From Phoronis australis (taxonomy: Eukaryota; Animalia; Phoronida), in contig NMRA01000167.1 in NCBI GenBank assembly GCA_002633005.1, positions 426,460-490,459 on the forward strand: a DNA stretch of 64,000 nucleotides, given 5' to 3'. Under the pieces are notes generated by a model. The model worked only from the letters and a program-made list of their open reading frames with translations. It did no database searches and was not told the DNA's origin. A program made the position numbers and the translations under genes. How positions within the stretch are numbered: position 1 is the first letter of the stretch; each line of letters begins with the position of its first letter. Below, in pieces: positions 13,701 to 25,400 of this stretch.

Positions 13701-16104
13701 ATGACATGTCAGGTTTATAGATAAAAACTTAGAAACTACTGTGGATTGGTTCATTTACCAAATCTATTTAAAGAAGACAAATAAAAAACAGCATTCATGT
13801 GCATATCTATTGATCACATTTGTTTTTGGCCAACACATAAGCACGTAAGTAAACAAAGACAATAGGTCTTTGTTTACTAACGCATTAATTTTAAAGTTTG
13901 CGCTTATATGCATTATCTATCATTCATTGAAAATAGGGTAGAAAATAAATCTGAAACTAAAAGAGACAATCCAGATCCTCCAAAGGATACTACTGTTTGA
14001 TGAAATGACTACAGGTAAATAAAGCAACAATAATGGATCAACTGAAATTTTTTGGACATAATATTATCCTTGGTCAACAGAAACAGAAACAAAGTAAAAT
14101 CAAGCACAATATGACAAATGACATCTGATATTTGGCGTAATGAACATGATAGATTGTTGCAGAAAAAATTTAAGGGTATGACTTAAAAAGTCTTAATGTT
14201 TAATCCATTGGGTTCAAGAGTGTTAAGCATATCTATCCAAAATTGTTCTCTTTTGAGTCTGTGAGAGGTACTATACTAGGGTATTGGAGTTTTTCTATTA
14301 TTTGGACTACTTTGTAGTGTGATCCATGGTTTTCGGTAGTATATTGTAGATGACATTGTGAAAGAATATATTTTGTGGCGCGACCCAATCATTTCAGCAG
14401 TATATTGTAGATGTGAAATAGGCACATATTAAAAAATATAGGTCTACACTGCACAATATATTTCACTCAAAACGAAAGTATTTGTAATAAACACCCCAGG
14501 GGCCTTTAACCTTACCTAACACTTTAATGGGGAAACTGATTGTGACCGATGATTCCCAAAAACCACAATTAACACTTTAGTTTCATGGTATTTGTTAACC
14601 TCAGGGTGCATACACTACAAAAAAGGGTACGTACACTTATTACATCTCCTTTTCTGTATATCAGGTTTAACATTTATTTTATGCTGTCAGCTGTATGGCC
14701 ATTTATTTTTCTTTGATGATAATAAGCACCATGTTGTTATTTAAAAGACAAATAATTTCCTAGATGCAACCACCATTTGTGTTACTGAATTTCACTTGGG
14801 GATATGTGCACTACATTTTGTTAACTAATTGGCCCTTTTTCAATATATAGCAGAACTCCAAGTTAATGTCCAAACTTTTGGTTTGTTTCAATATTGAATA
14901 ATTTGTCTAACAATCTGCAGTTCTTTATATAGTGGGGCTCTCGTGCTTTAGCTCAGCTGTTTTGTGCAATGGGCCCAACCATGAGGCCCAACCTGATGCA
15001 CCGGGAATGCATCAGGCCACCTGCACTGTTTTTATTTTTGTTTTTTCATATCATTTAGTGTTAACTTTACTTTTAATCTTCATCACAGTAAATGAGGGTT
15101 AGAAATACTGACATTAATTTCGATCATAACATTCCTGAAGAACCCTACCATTTCTTAATGATTAAGTTAAACTTTATCAAAGTGATTCTGAAATTGACTT
15201 GAGTTATTCTTGGTTATTTCAAAACAATTGCTTACTTAATAATTTTTTTTCTGCTGTTGACAGTTGAAATTTGGAATTCTTAAAATGGCCACTGTAAGGC
15301 TTTAGTAAATTTATGCATAAAATTCAGAGACAAAAATCCAGATAAATTTCTCAAACACGGTCCAATTTTGATGATTCTTGTTATTTTGCACAGCTAAATA
15401 ACCCTTTGCACATGAGATTCAGTTGGCATTTGGATGAAGGGACCAGAGAATTTTATTTCAATCCGAAAGACAGTCGACTAGCGAATAAAATATGGGCATT
15501 CATTTACCAGATTACTCATTGTATTTATTTTGGGGACGATCACTAAGATGAGGACGCCTATGGGTAATACAAGGTACCTAAACTACACAGTCAACGGACT
15601 CATAAACACGATTCACGGACCTGCAAACACCGTCCACTGACTCACAAACACGGGAAAGGACTCACAAAACATGATCCACGCACCCAAATACACGGACACA
15701 GACTCATATTCACAAGGAAACACGGTTAACGGATCGCCAAACACAGGTCACGGACAAAATGAAGATGTCAGCTGACCCAGGAAGCCGATGAGTCCGTGAC
15801 CAGTGTTAAGCGGGCCGTTAACCGCATGTTTCCTCGTGAATATGAGTCCATGTCCCGTGTATTTGGATGCCTGGATCGTGTTTTGTGAGTCCGTTCCCGT
15901 GTATGTGAGTCAGAGGACGGTGTCTGCAGGTCCGTGAGTTGTGTTCATGCGTCCGTGACCGTGAGTCCGTTGACCGCGTAGTTTAGGTACCTTAGTCCAC
16001 ATTATTTGTTATGGTCACAGCTAAAGAAAGGTCATACCATCTATTCTCGAGTTGAACGTAACGAAACTTACAGGAATATTAAGCTGAAGATCGTCTGGGT
16101 TCAT
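4698..16104 (-). CDS. Spliced gene, 400 aa: C3HC4 RING - coiled coil - putative ubiquitin-like domain - C-terminal UBR-type zinc finger (putative E3 ubiquitin ligase)
   Basis: 12 exons, all GT-AG and phase-consistent: 16104-16072, 13425-13227, 12417-12355, 11400-11329, 10212-10087, 8764-8656, 8346-8236, 7852-7757, 6657-6531, 5935-5797, 5166-5088, 4746-4698 (1203 nt incl. stop). RING: CTVC...CGHRFCDGC...CPCC. C-terminus: YFTCKTCGFNWICRSCMTVCHQGHEV...WACCYC. Confidence 0.9.
5088..5166 (-). CDS. RING/UBR gene exon 11
   Basis: (W)ICRSCMTVCHQGHEVVPYILNHKPN; phase 1-2. Confidence 0.92.
5500..5702. repeat. Degenerate tandem copies (~35 bp period) of the 3' end of exon 10
   Basis: TTGAAGCYRYATGTTTT-like motif near 5522, 5557, 5591, 5625 and 5685 resembles the exon sequence at 5799. 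Confidence 0.65.
5797..5935 (-). CDS. RING/UBR gene exon 10
   Basis: KPGSTLAIHGLIETESDQPKQCIVSTFDAANLTPIDYFTCKTCGFN; phase 0-1. Confidence 0.92.
6531..6657 (-). CDS. RING/UBR gene exon 9
   Basis: PLSNMSVDEMTVVADSLTRQSTNHPDVTLLPIGCRPVLQFQI; phase 2-0. Confidence 0.88.
6969..7465. mobile_element. MITE, hAT-like termini, 497 bp
   Basis: Perfect 13-bp TIRs CAGGGCTTGGAAT...ATTCCAAGCCCTG; AGTAAT directly flanks both ends (6-bp TSD); interior more GC/CpG-rich than the host intron. Confidence 0.85.
7757..7852 (-). CDS. RING/UBR gene exon 8
   Basis: LTEILDCVKNHFNAINDGIVKVADDLVFISF; phase 2-2. Confidence 0.88.
8236..8346 (-). CDS. RING/UBR gene exon 7
   Basis: YLSEHIPSLQVLPVSVSVCVLAKKYTIPRVVIQPRD; phase 2-2. 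Confidence 0.88.
8656..8764 (-). CDS. RING/UBR gene exon 6 (coiled coil)
   Basis: CDREKDRLKRDAEERLRKLDADLTSCGQLVADAYD; phase 1-2. Confidence 0.88.
9202..9318. repeat. 39-bp minisatellite x3
   Basis: TTTTTGTACCAAATTGGTAAGATTTTACTGAACTAACAA three times, near-identical. Confidence 0.95.
10087..10212 (-). CDS. RING/UBR gene exon 5 (coiled coil)
   Basis: HLKTSLGAHENYYQGIKQEFQQRKRHIELELEKSVALLGDK; phase 1-1. Confidence 0.85.
11329..11400 (-). CDS. RING/UBR gene exon 4
   Basis: TVSLQSGDQSLDSHFSPVEMVLK; AG/GT sites, phase 1-1. Confidence 0.85.
12355..12417 (-). CDS. RING/UBR gene exon 3 (EKVQEERQKAEKKYFEVLVDA)
   Basis: AG/GT sites, phase 1-1. Confidence 0.85.
13227..13425 (-). CDS. RING/UBR gene exon 2 (C3HC4 RING finger)
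   Basis: LSALSDYTTCTVCMSLINRCRLTTCGHRFCDGCIKEWVARSHKCPCCNRNL...; TTTCAG acceptor, GTGAG donor. Confidence 0.95.
14963..15047 (+). mobile_element. 5'-truncated retroposon 3' tail related to the SINE at 45494-45734
   Basis: GTGCAATGGGCCC...stem-loop...CCACCTG followed by a T-rich tail, in the same order as the SINE 3' end. Confidence 0.5.
15571..15993. mobile_element. Foldback/palindromic MITE, ~423 bp
   Basis: AAGGTACCTAAACTAC...GTAGTTTAGGTACCTT termini; the ~185-bp arms are reverse complements built of CACGGACTCACAAA-like subrepeats around a ~35-bp spacer. Confidence 0.9.
16072..16104 (-). CDS. RING/UBR gene exon 1 (MNPDDLQLNIP)
   Basis: AAA-ATG start, donor GTAAG, phase 0 matches the RING exon. 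Confidence 0.75.
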
Positions 16105-16602
16105 TTTGACACACACGGTGACGTATGGAAATTCTCTAAAACGCGCAGATCAACATAACGCGCAGAACAATGTTGACTTTCGTTTCCTCTTCTGTTTCCT
16201 GTACGACGTGCCTGCCACCTAGTGATAAGGTGCAAGGAACAGAAGTGTTGCTGAATGATCGAAACTTCAGGTTCGGGATTTCCCCGTGATGAAAAATGCA
16301 AGTATCAATAACGTTTAGTACATTTTCAGAAAGAAGTAAGTTGCATTCATTTGTGAATATTTTTTGTAATGCGATATCGAATGCCGGGACCGACCGGTCC
16401 CTCAAACTAACATGTGATCGACCCTACTAACCTCGATCTTGATGTGCTCACGAAACTAACAAAACCCTCGACGAGACCCGGACGGGATTTTTCCAAGAAA
16501 ATCTGTTTCACTTCCTTTATGATTGTGTTGCTGAGCCAATCCAGTTAAATGTGGACGTTCGTGTCAGCTCTTGTGCACCATTGTGGTTACTTCTCTATAT
16601 GT
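16105..16602. promoter_or_regulatory. Probable bidirectional promoter and non-coding first exon of FAM172A
   Basis: CpG-richer segment between the minus-strand ATG (16104) and a plus-strand donor GTAAGT at 16603; ACTTCC and CCAAT motifs at about 16510-16540. Confidence 0.55.
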
Positions 16603-17004
16603 GTAAGTATAGCAGTGGGTGAGGATAATTCTTTGACAGTGTCAGAGCGGGTTCGGCGCAAATAGACTACCTTCGAGCAATCATCATGCCTCTTGTCTGG
16701 CTAACTGTTCTCAGTGAATCTGCCATTTGTGAGTGAGCTTTTCAGACAATAAGTATGTAGGTGATACTTCAAGCATTGTCCTCTTGTGTGGCATTTCTGA
16801 GTGTTCAAAAGGACCTGGAAATGGTACTTGAAGTTTCACGCAGAGGTTCAAGAAGGGCATTCATGCAGAATGGGTTTCCCAAGAACCCATGTCCATTCCA
16901 TCATGTCCCCTGCTAAGGTCCAGCTGCTGTAGTGGGGTATATGTTACCAATAGTACGGTGCCATTCTATGGGGACATGGTTCTGCTATAAAGTTGTTTTG
17001 TATG

Positions 17005-17357
17005 TTAAAAGGATATACTAAACCCTGTTTTGATGATTTTAGTTTGAACCTGTTATTTATTCATCATTGGCGTAGCAGCAGGAATCCCCTGAAAACTAAC
17101 TCATCTCCTATTTCAAAAATTGGACATTGTGGTCCTTGGTGGGTGGTCTTTTCCCACATTTGCCATGTGATTTGTTGGTCATATACTTGCCCAGGGTTAT
17201 TTCATTTCAGCCACAGGCGTCCTCAGCTTCTGATCGTCCCCAATACACTACATTGGGGACGATCAGAAGCTGAGGACGCCTGTGGTTTCAGCTAGCTAGA
17301 GAACTCGATCCATATGTTTTTTAGTATCTGTCAAAACTGGGTTTGATATCCTTTTAA
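17005..17357. mobile_element. TTAA-flanked MITE (Kolobok-like termini), copy 1
   Basis: TTAA-AAGGATATACTAAACCCTGTTTTGA...CAAAACTGGGTTTGATATCCTT-TTAA imperfect TIRs; diverged sister copy at 26616-26964. Confidence 0.75.
17211..17285. repeat. Perfect 34-bp-stem hairpin element (7-nt loop)
   Basis: CCACAGGCGTCCTCAGCTTCTGATCGTCCCCAAT-ACACTAC-ATTGGGGACGATCAGAAGCTGAGGACGCCTGTGG; diverged single arm at 15530-15564. Confidence 0.95.
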
Positions 17358-18748
17358 ATAATTTCCAAAATGCTGAACAATGCAGAGCATCCTAACTGTA
17401 AGGGTGTCTAAATTTGACAATTAGTTACGTGTCCATTTGTACACCGCCTAGCTGCACTCCTGCCTGAAAGCGTGCATGGTTCAACGTGATTAGTCAACGG
17501 CTCTACAGTCTAACCACTCTGCTTGTAATCTTTAGAATGAAATGTCTTGTTTTGCAAGTTTATTATCCTAATTGTTGCGTGCAAATTATGTTTTCAATTG
17601 TGGTTGAACATTTGCCTTGAGGTACATGGGAATTTCTCCAGGTTCTCCACTGAAACATCTGCGCTAAGTCTATTTTTCGATGATTTTTGAGTTGCTCACT
17701 TTTCAAAAATAATAAACCCACATGAGACTGGTAAAAATGATGCGGCTGGGATCTGTATTTTTACTTGTTGCCTAGTTGGCAAATCGTAGCATGTCATATA
17801 TCAAACCTCGATCACTTGCCCCTGCTCAGTCTTAATTGCATGTGTGCAGCTTTTCAGAAACACAACACGAGACTTTACATTACTGAAATGGGTAGGGACG
17901 CGTGTTTTGGCCTGAATTCTCTGGAACATCAGCTTCCTGAGCGTGTAAGATGTGGTCAAAATCTTGATAGTCTTTGTTGATGTATTAAGCGTACTATTAC
18001 TTTTCATACCGGGGTTTTGTATACCAACACTAACTATATAACTTTATTGCCAAGTTTTGTCATTATACTTAGTTGGTCTTTTACTAGTTGTATGGTCATT
18101 TTCTCCTGCATAAGTCCTCACGTACAATAGGTACTACATTCCTTTGCAGTTCATATCGCGGTCACTTTAATTATAGCAGCTGTGCTAGCCTGTAACTGTT
18201 TTGTTTGTTAAACTGTCACACCGATGTTGATCAACATTTTACTTTAAATTATTTATCTCATGTACCGAGCATGCATGATCTCAACTAGTGAATTTTTATA
18301 GTTGTTAGTTCGTCAGTTCGCTAACTCAGAAAACTCTTCTAATTTCAGTAGGAACAAGTTGAGAATGAGGAATTGGTCCAAATAAAAATCTGGTTCTTGC
18401 ACGGAATGTGGGTATATAGCAGCTTTTTGACTAATTAAATGTATCTAAATTAAGCCCTTCCACTTCCAATGGCACTTGGGGTTTACGTCACAATTTTTAG
18501 GTGCGTGTCGCTTTAAGTTAATCACCCTTTCTGGTGAACATGGGAAAGTGGAGCAAGGATCTGAGAGCAAATGGAGTTTCTTTGTCATTTTTTTTGTTTT
18601 TACTTATTAAGTTGAATTGTCATAATTTAGCTCCTTAAAATTTAGGTTTAATTCTGCATTTCAGGTAATTGGTGGTGTTACTGCACTTTTTATTGCTGTA
18701 CTGATACACCGAACTGTAAAGTGGTTTCAAGAAGAGGGGCGACATAAC

Positions 18749-19435
18749 ATGGGAGATGTCTCTAAGGCTATAAAGCTCAGTGAAACGGAGGAGGCAAGTT
18801 TGATACGAGCCAGTCAAGACGATACTGACGACATAGACCAGGAACGAGATCTTCAAGAAGAGTTGGAGGTAAAGTCAAGGATTCAACTTGAAGAAACTAG
18901 TTGTGAGGTAGGTGATAGAAGCTTCGAGAAGAAGGAAAGTGCAGACATTCCTGAGAAACTTCAAGAGAAAGAGGAAGGAGAGCTTAACAGTCAGGTTGGA
19001 GAAACTGGTGACAAGATTAGGGATAGTAAAACGGAAGAAACAAGTTTAATACAAGCCAGTCAGGAAGATATTGACGACGTAGACCAGGAATGTGATCTTC
19101 AAGAAGAGCCCGGTGTCAAGTCAAAAATTCAACTTGAAGAAACTAGTTGTGCGGTGTCTGATAGAAGCTTTGAGGACAAGGACAGTGCAGACATTTCTGA
19201 AAAGTGTCAAGAGAAAGAAGAAAGAGAACTGAATAGTCAGGCTGAGCAAACTGGTGACAAGATAGGGCACAAAGATTTTGTGAACGAGGCATCAGTGGAT
19301 AATTCTGAAGAGCTTCAAGGCAAGCAGAAAGGGCAGTTGAAGAGAAGGAGTGGAGGAAGTAGTCGTCGGGTAGAAGATACTGGCTTTGAGAAGTCTGAGC
19401 AGTTGCAAGAAAGTAGCAAGGCAACACATACGATG
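18749..19435 (+). CDS. FAM172A: FAM172A coding exon 1 (acidic N-terminal extension with 82-aa duplication)
   Basis: 229-codon open frame ending ATG|GTATG, phase 0 into the next exon. The last codon (Met) could alternatively be the true start. Confidence 0.75.
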
Positions 19436-22400
19436 GTATGGATTTTGATATAGTACATGACTGGCCCTCTCACGAATATAGTTCTTTACTTAAAAACACG
19501 GGTTTCGGGCTCTGTATTCTGATTCTACTGATTAAATTATGCAGTTCGATCATCAACTGCCAAGTACGGTTCGGGACAGATTCTCATAAATCAAAACTGG
19601 CGTACACACAGCTCCCAACTCACAAACACTCACCAAGTGCCATCGAGTACGTGCACTGTGTTGTCAGACCGGCCCAAGTTTGTGAGTCAGTGACCTGTAT
19701 AACCCCATGTTTGGCAGTTCTTGAGCCATGTTGGTGAACTAGAGTCCGAATTTCAGAGGCAGTGAATTGGGTTCATCTGCAGGTAATTCGGCTATTTTAA
19801 GTAAACCATTTTGCTCAGTACAGCTGCAGTATGCTGTTTCCCACCCTTGGAACAAACAAAGCAGATTTCCAATTCTTCCCTCTATTTTTCGACCGTGAGC
19901 TTACCCAAATGTCACAGCTGCTTGATTCCAATTACTTTTAGTTTACAAATTTTACACAACTTATGTACATGTACCCAACAAACACAGCATTGACTCACAA
20001 GACAGCTCACTTACTGCCAAACAATATTATCTGGACTGACAAAAAACATGGCTTGGATAACAAATTACCTCATGCCTGTGCTCACAAATATGACTCGCTG
20101 ACTCAATGTCCACCATGTTGGGCGTTAAGTGAGTGTACTGGGTAAGTCTAGGCTCAATTTTTCTGTGAAATGAATAGTTTTTGTTTCAGTACATTGTTTC
20201 GTTTATGGTTCTCATTTTTAACATTTCAGGGACCTTTTGTTAGCAAGGGCAACTCGAGCAAGAAACAACGAAAGAAGCAGAGTCTTGAAGACTTTGGATA
20301 CCAGTTCAATGAAGGTTCAGCTACTAATTAGTGCCTAATACTTATTGTATTTACTGCTCAATAGCATAAATCATCTTAATAACTGTTGATCTCTTTTCTG
20401 ACCTCAACGGAAAGACATGTTGCGTTTTGTGGTTGATTAAATGCCATTTTCTATTTGCAACATATTCCTCAGTGATACCATATTGAATTTCACAAACGAC
20501 AAAACTTTCGGCAGTGAAGCAGAAAACGCTCGTAATGAGAATGGTTGCAAAAGAATAATTTTAACTGCCGGTTCGAGTTGCCTCAAAATTGCTGACATTT
20601 TTTTGCTAGATCTCGGTGAGGTTGCTTACTTCAAAAGACACATTTGTGCAGGGAAAAGAGGCCTGTGATAATCACTTTGTCAATAGAGTCTTGTGAACCT
20701 ACATTGAATTGAATTAAAAGCGAGATGCATTCTGGGATAATTTGATTATGGTCAATTCTCATGACGTCAATGCAAACTTTAAAATAAATCTAACCATAGA
20801 TGAAGTCAATGAATTTTACTCTGACCATAGCGTAATCTTGTCAGATTTCATAAGTTCTTAGAGGCCGTATTGAAATCTCAAAATGAATTCCCATACAACC
20901 CTTGACAGTCTTCGTAAGGTCAGTTTTTGTGTGTTACCTTGGATCATTTATCAGATACTGTGCACTGACTTACACAGACCATTCTTTGACAGATTGATAC
21001 GGTACAAATTTTTACTGGTTGTCATGACTTGTCTAATGACGTCAGTCAGTTACTCCTTAGTGAAACTGTCTCTCTGTCAGCAGCAGCTTATTTCCTTATT
21101 AAAGAACACAGTGACTGTTTCACTTTGTCATGTCTAATAGCAAATTTCTTTCTTCCCGGCATATTAAATAATATATGAAACTCTTGATATGGCCTTAGTT
21201 GGCATGCTGACCAGACTTAAAAACGCTTGCAATTATATTGGTCAAGTAAAATTATGCCAAGCTGCAATTTACGAAGCTTATTATTTTGTATTAGTGCAAG
21301 ATTTACATGTTGCCGGCTGACTCATTTTACCCTGTCTATGGGTGTTTGCATGTTGTCACTGACTGGTGCTAATAGCTTTTGATGCAGTGATAGACAGAAG
21401 ACTGGTGGGAGTTAATTACTTTGTTTATCTTGATTGTTTGTTCAAGTCTTCTCAAACAAAACACCCAATGTAATGTCTATTCTATGGTCCAGTGCTGCGA
21501 AGCCGTGACTTAAGATGAGCACTATCAGTCACTTCCAGTAACTGTTTATAAAGTCTTAGATTCAATAACTTGATGTCTCTAATAGCATTCTATTGACTAA
21601 TGCCGTAACTGTTGAATCTGTTAATGTATCGTTAACTTTGACTGGAGTCCATTTTTTTCAACTGTCCCTGTCACTAGCCTGTGCCTGGTTATTATTGTCT
21701 CCTACAATATTCTGGAACTTTTTACGAATTCAAGCACATTCTGGAACTTTGTTGAATGTACCCATTCTACAAACATATAGTAAGCACCTTGTTGCGGACT
21801 ACTGTTCTATATTAATCATGTCGGAATCTACTAGAATGTTCTCTAGTATTCTATTGCGAACAAATTACATTATGACTGACCTAGCCTTATGAGGTTGTGT
21901 CATTCAAGTGCTACCTGTTAGTAAACAAAGGGAACAGCAAAATATAACTCCTAGAACTAAAATCAGAGTCAGTTTACTCCTGACACCCAGGTATAACGAC
22001 AAATTGTTTTCACAGCAGTAACGTTAAGTATTTTTGTTAAACATAGTTTGTTGAAATTTTATGTTTCAGTTTTCTTAAAATGGTAAAGCCAATACAAGGA
22101 GTGCCTTGAAATGGAAGACGAATTAAATTTTATGAAATTTCTCGTTATTTTGGCCTGAGTTTTCACTTCTAATAGATTTACAAAAACAAATTGTGAAATT
22201 AAGATGCAGTTATGTGGCTCAGGGTACAACCCTCCTTCTGAAAGCTGTCACAATACAATCATTACAGATGGTGAGTTGAGAAAGATTGATTCAGGGGCAC
22301 CATTTGAATTTAACGTAATACCTGGTGACCACCACTATAACCAGATGCACTATGAGGAACTTGGGAAGGTAAGACAGTGAACATTGTGTTTTATGACATG

Positions 22401-25400
22401 GTTGATCGAATTCATGTCAAACTGTCAGTTAACTAAGCACTGTTCTCCACATGACAGTAAAGAATTGTTCTTTTTGAAATGTTCCATTATTTTGTTTGGA
22501 GGGGCAGGTGTCCCACATTACCTTGAATCAATAAGTTCGAGCCTTTACAGGGATTGTCTTAGAAAAAATGTGGGTACGTGTCAAATAACCCAGAGCTACC
22601 TCAAATGCCAGTTCAGGGATCAATTTGGAGGACCTTTTGGTCACATTTTGTATTTTCTGTCTCGTGTTTTAGTGCACCCATTCGCATGAATTCAGGAACA
22701 ATCACAGTACATTTAGCAATTTTTTAAAAGACCCAATGACGTCAGGCCCATTTCTGAAGTTACTCTGCCTTCATTTCAAGTGTCTTTTGCAGGTGGTTGA
22801 TGATTACGTGTATTGTCTATTGGAAGCAGAAGGCCTCATTAGAGTCACCATACCAGTAAGTATGCAGATTGTCGGAGTGTACTCAGAGTGATCAACATAC
22901 CAAAAAGGTTTTATAATAAAAGTCCTGGGATTTATTTATTTCACACTGGCTTCACATCCACATTCTGTTACAGGGACGCTATTCTTTGAGACGTGGCGTT
23001 CATTAATTTCTAGGCCAAAACTACATTGAAAAACAGAAAAACAATGTCTCCTAGTAAGTAGTTATTCTCGTTTTTCACTATCATCACAGGAGACAAGGAA
23101 AGCAATCACCTTACATTTGCCTGTCATCGGCTTAAATTTCATGACACATAATTACAGGCTGTGGCAGACCCTGCTAGTATTGGAGACCCGCATTATGTTG
23201 GAGACCCACATTTTTAAATGACCTGGGTTCTATTAGAGGAATGCTTCTGTCAGAAACCCAGCTTCTATTAAGCTTTTGGTACCGTGCCTTTCCCACTAGT
23301 CCTAGTGCTCATTGTTAGATTTTTTGAATGATTGTCTATAAATTGCATTATCTGGAATCCCATTCAACTCAGCCTGCCTCATAAAAATTTTTTGCCTTCT
23401 TGCTTGCTCCAGCAATGGTACATAGTCATAACTTTGTCAAGCATGCATCACTTTATCATTGTCAATCTTTTAGTTATACTATACAGACACATACCATATG
23501 TCAGATTAATGACTGAAAGCAATGTTATGCAATGACTTTAGAGCCTTGAACTACTGCAATGACTGCATTTTTTGCTGGGTTAACAACTGGTGTATTGTGT
23601 TCCTAGTTAAGCTCAGACCTGAGTCAAAACAACAAGTCCTACATAAATTTATGCTGCTCATTATGTTGTTCTCTCCATCATCACTCTTCCACTCCATTGT
23701 GTTTACTTTAGCCTCCCACTTTTCACAACTTAATTGCAGATTAATACTAATGCTAACAAACCAACTGGTTTCTTCTTCATGAGTGAAGATGCTGTTAATC
23801 AAGACAGATTGTTAGTGCTGATCCATGGAAGTGGTGTGGTCAGGGCTGGACAGTGGGCAAGAAGGTCAGGTTGTGGTCAATACAATGTTAATACCATAGA
23901 AATGTCAAAGAACCTATAGTTTAAATATTGTAATATCTCACCTGGGGCGCAATAAGGTGGACAAACAAATTACGTGTACAGTTTGTGAGCCCACAGAGTA
24001 AATATTGCTGTCATTTCTGATTGGGCATGTAGCTTCTGCCTCTCTACCTTTTAAACCCCTGGCAGTTTCTTTTTGACATTTATGGAAATGTTTGTGTGAA
24101 GCTCCCCTAGAGGCAATTTTATTTTTTACGCTGGACTGTGTGCTTACAATTGAGAGATTTTATCAAACTTCGTCAAATAGGATTCTATTGATAAGAAGAC
24201 TATGCACTGTCATTTTCAAACAGGTTTGACGTGTTCTGCTCCATGGTGGCCATTGTTACTGTTTTCAACTCTGCTTAGTAAAATAGTTTAAGGGAGGTGA
24301 TGTCGTCTACCCATTTTTTGATTGTGTTCGATGTATATTGCACCATCTAGTGACCGATTTAATGATAATATTAAAAACCCTAAGACATTAAGCATCGCGG
24401 TTGCATTTCAAATGCTTTGCCTCGTTCGCGTTCATCAGCTTCTATAGAAAATTTTTGAACAATTTGCATTAGATGCTGTAGTCCAAATGATGAAAATTTG
24501 TCCAGAATTGTTGAGATTGATCATTCCATGAAATTTACTTAAATGCTAAAAGAACTTTTAACTTTCTATAATTGACCAAAAGCAAATATATGTTTTCTCT
24601 ATTTCATTTAGCCATTGAGCAAGGTGAGTTTACTTACAAGCGTATAATGGAAAACGGTCATACGTTTGTTTTGACCCTCAATCTAAGGGTCTTGATTACC
24701 GACTGTATGTTGACACAATGAGAAAGCATTGGTGTGATCATAAAATATGACTTGGAACTGGAATAAGACCAATGAAAGCAGATAGTGTGTGCAATATGAG
24801 TTTCATTACACCATATTGTGTGCCTCACAGTATGGATGCCATTTTGTCTGTGAAGTGAACATAGAGGCTTCAGGGAGTATACGTTGGACACACTATTATC
24901 ACTGGCTCTTTTTCTGTCCACAAAAAGGGCAGAAAGTGAAATCAAATACCTTAATTCTTCAGGCAACTCTTATCCTAAATACTGTCAGATTAAAGACAGT
25001 ACAGTAAATAGTAATTGAGCGGAATGACTTGTGGTTGTCTGACCATCCAGAGTTTCGTGCCTGCCAGTTTGGGATAGTCCATCATGACAATGTGCATGTA
25101 TATGTTATGTGACATATCCATAGACTAGTTCTTAGGTAGTGTGGAATGATGCATTGCTATAATTTACCTGGAGATCTGTTAATTGATACGAAACAAAAAA
25201 AAACAGATTGTTACGTAATATGTCACAGTCAAATATTTAGAGTTTCCCTTTGGTAAAACTGAGGCACCTTTTCACAGTGAGGCTTCTTTTAGAGCACAAT
25301 TGTGTCATTGTATTTTGGTCATATTATTCACGGTATTGTCTGGATATGTGTTATTTGATTTATTTAATACATGTACATACAATTGCTACCACTAACTTGA

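Noticed and set aside
21690-21860. TTCTGGAA/TTCTAGAA-like repeats suggesting a heat-shock element or solo LTR
   Set aside because: Too degenerate; no TG...CA ends or TSD identified.
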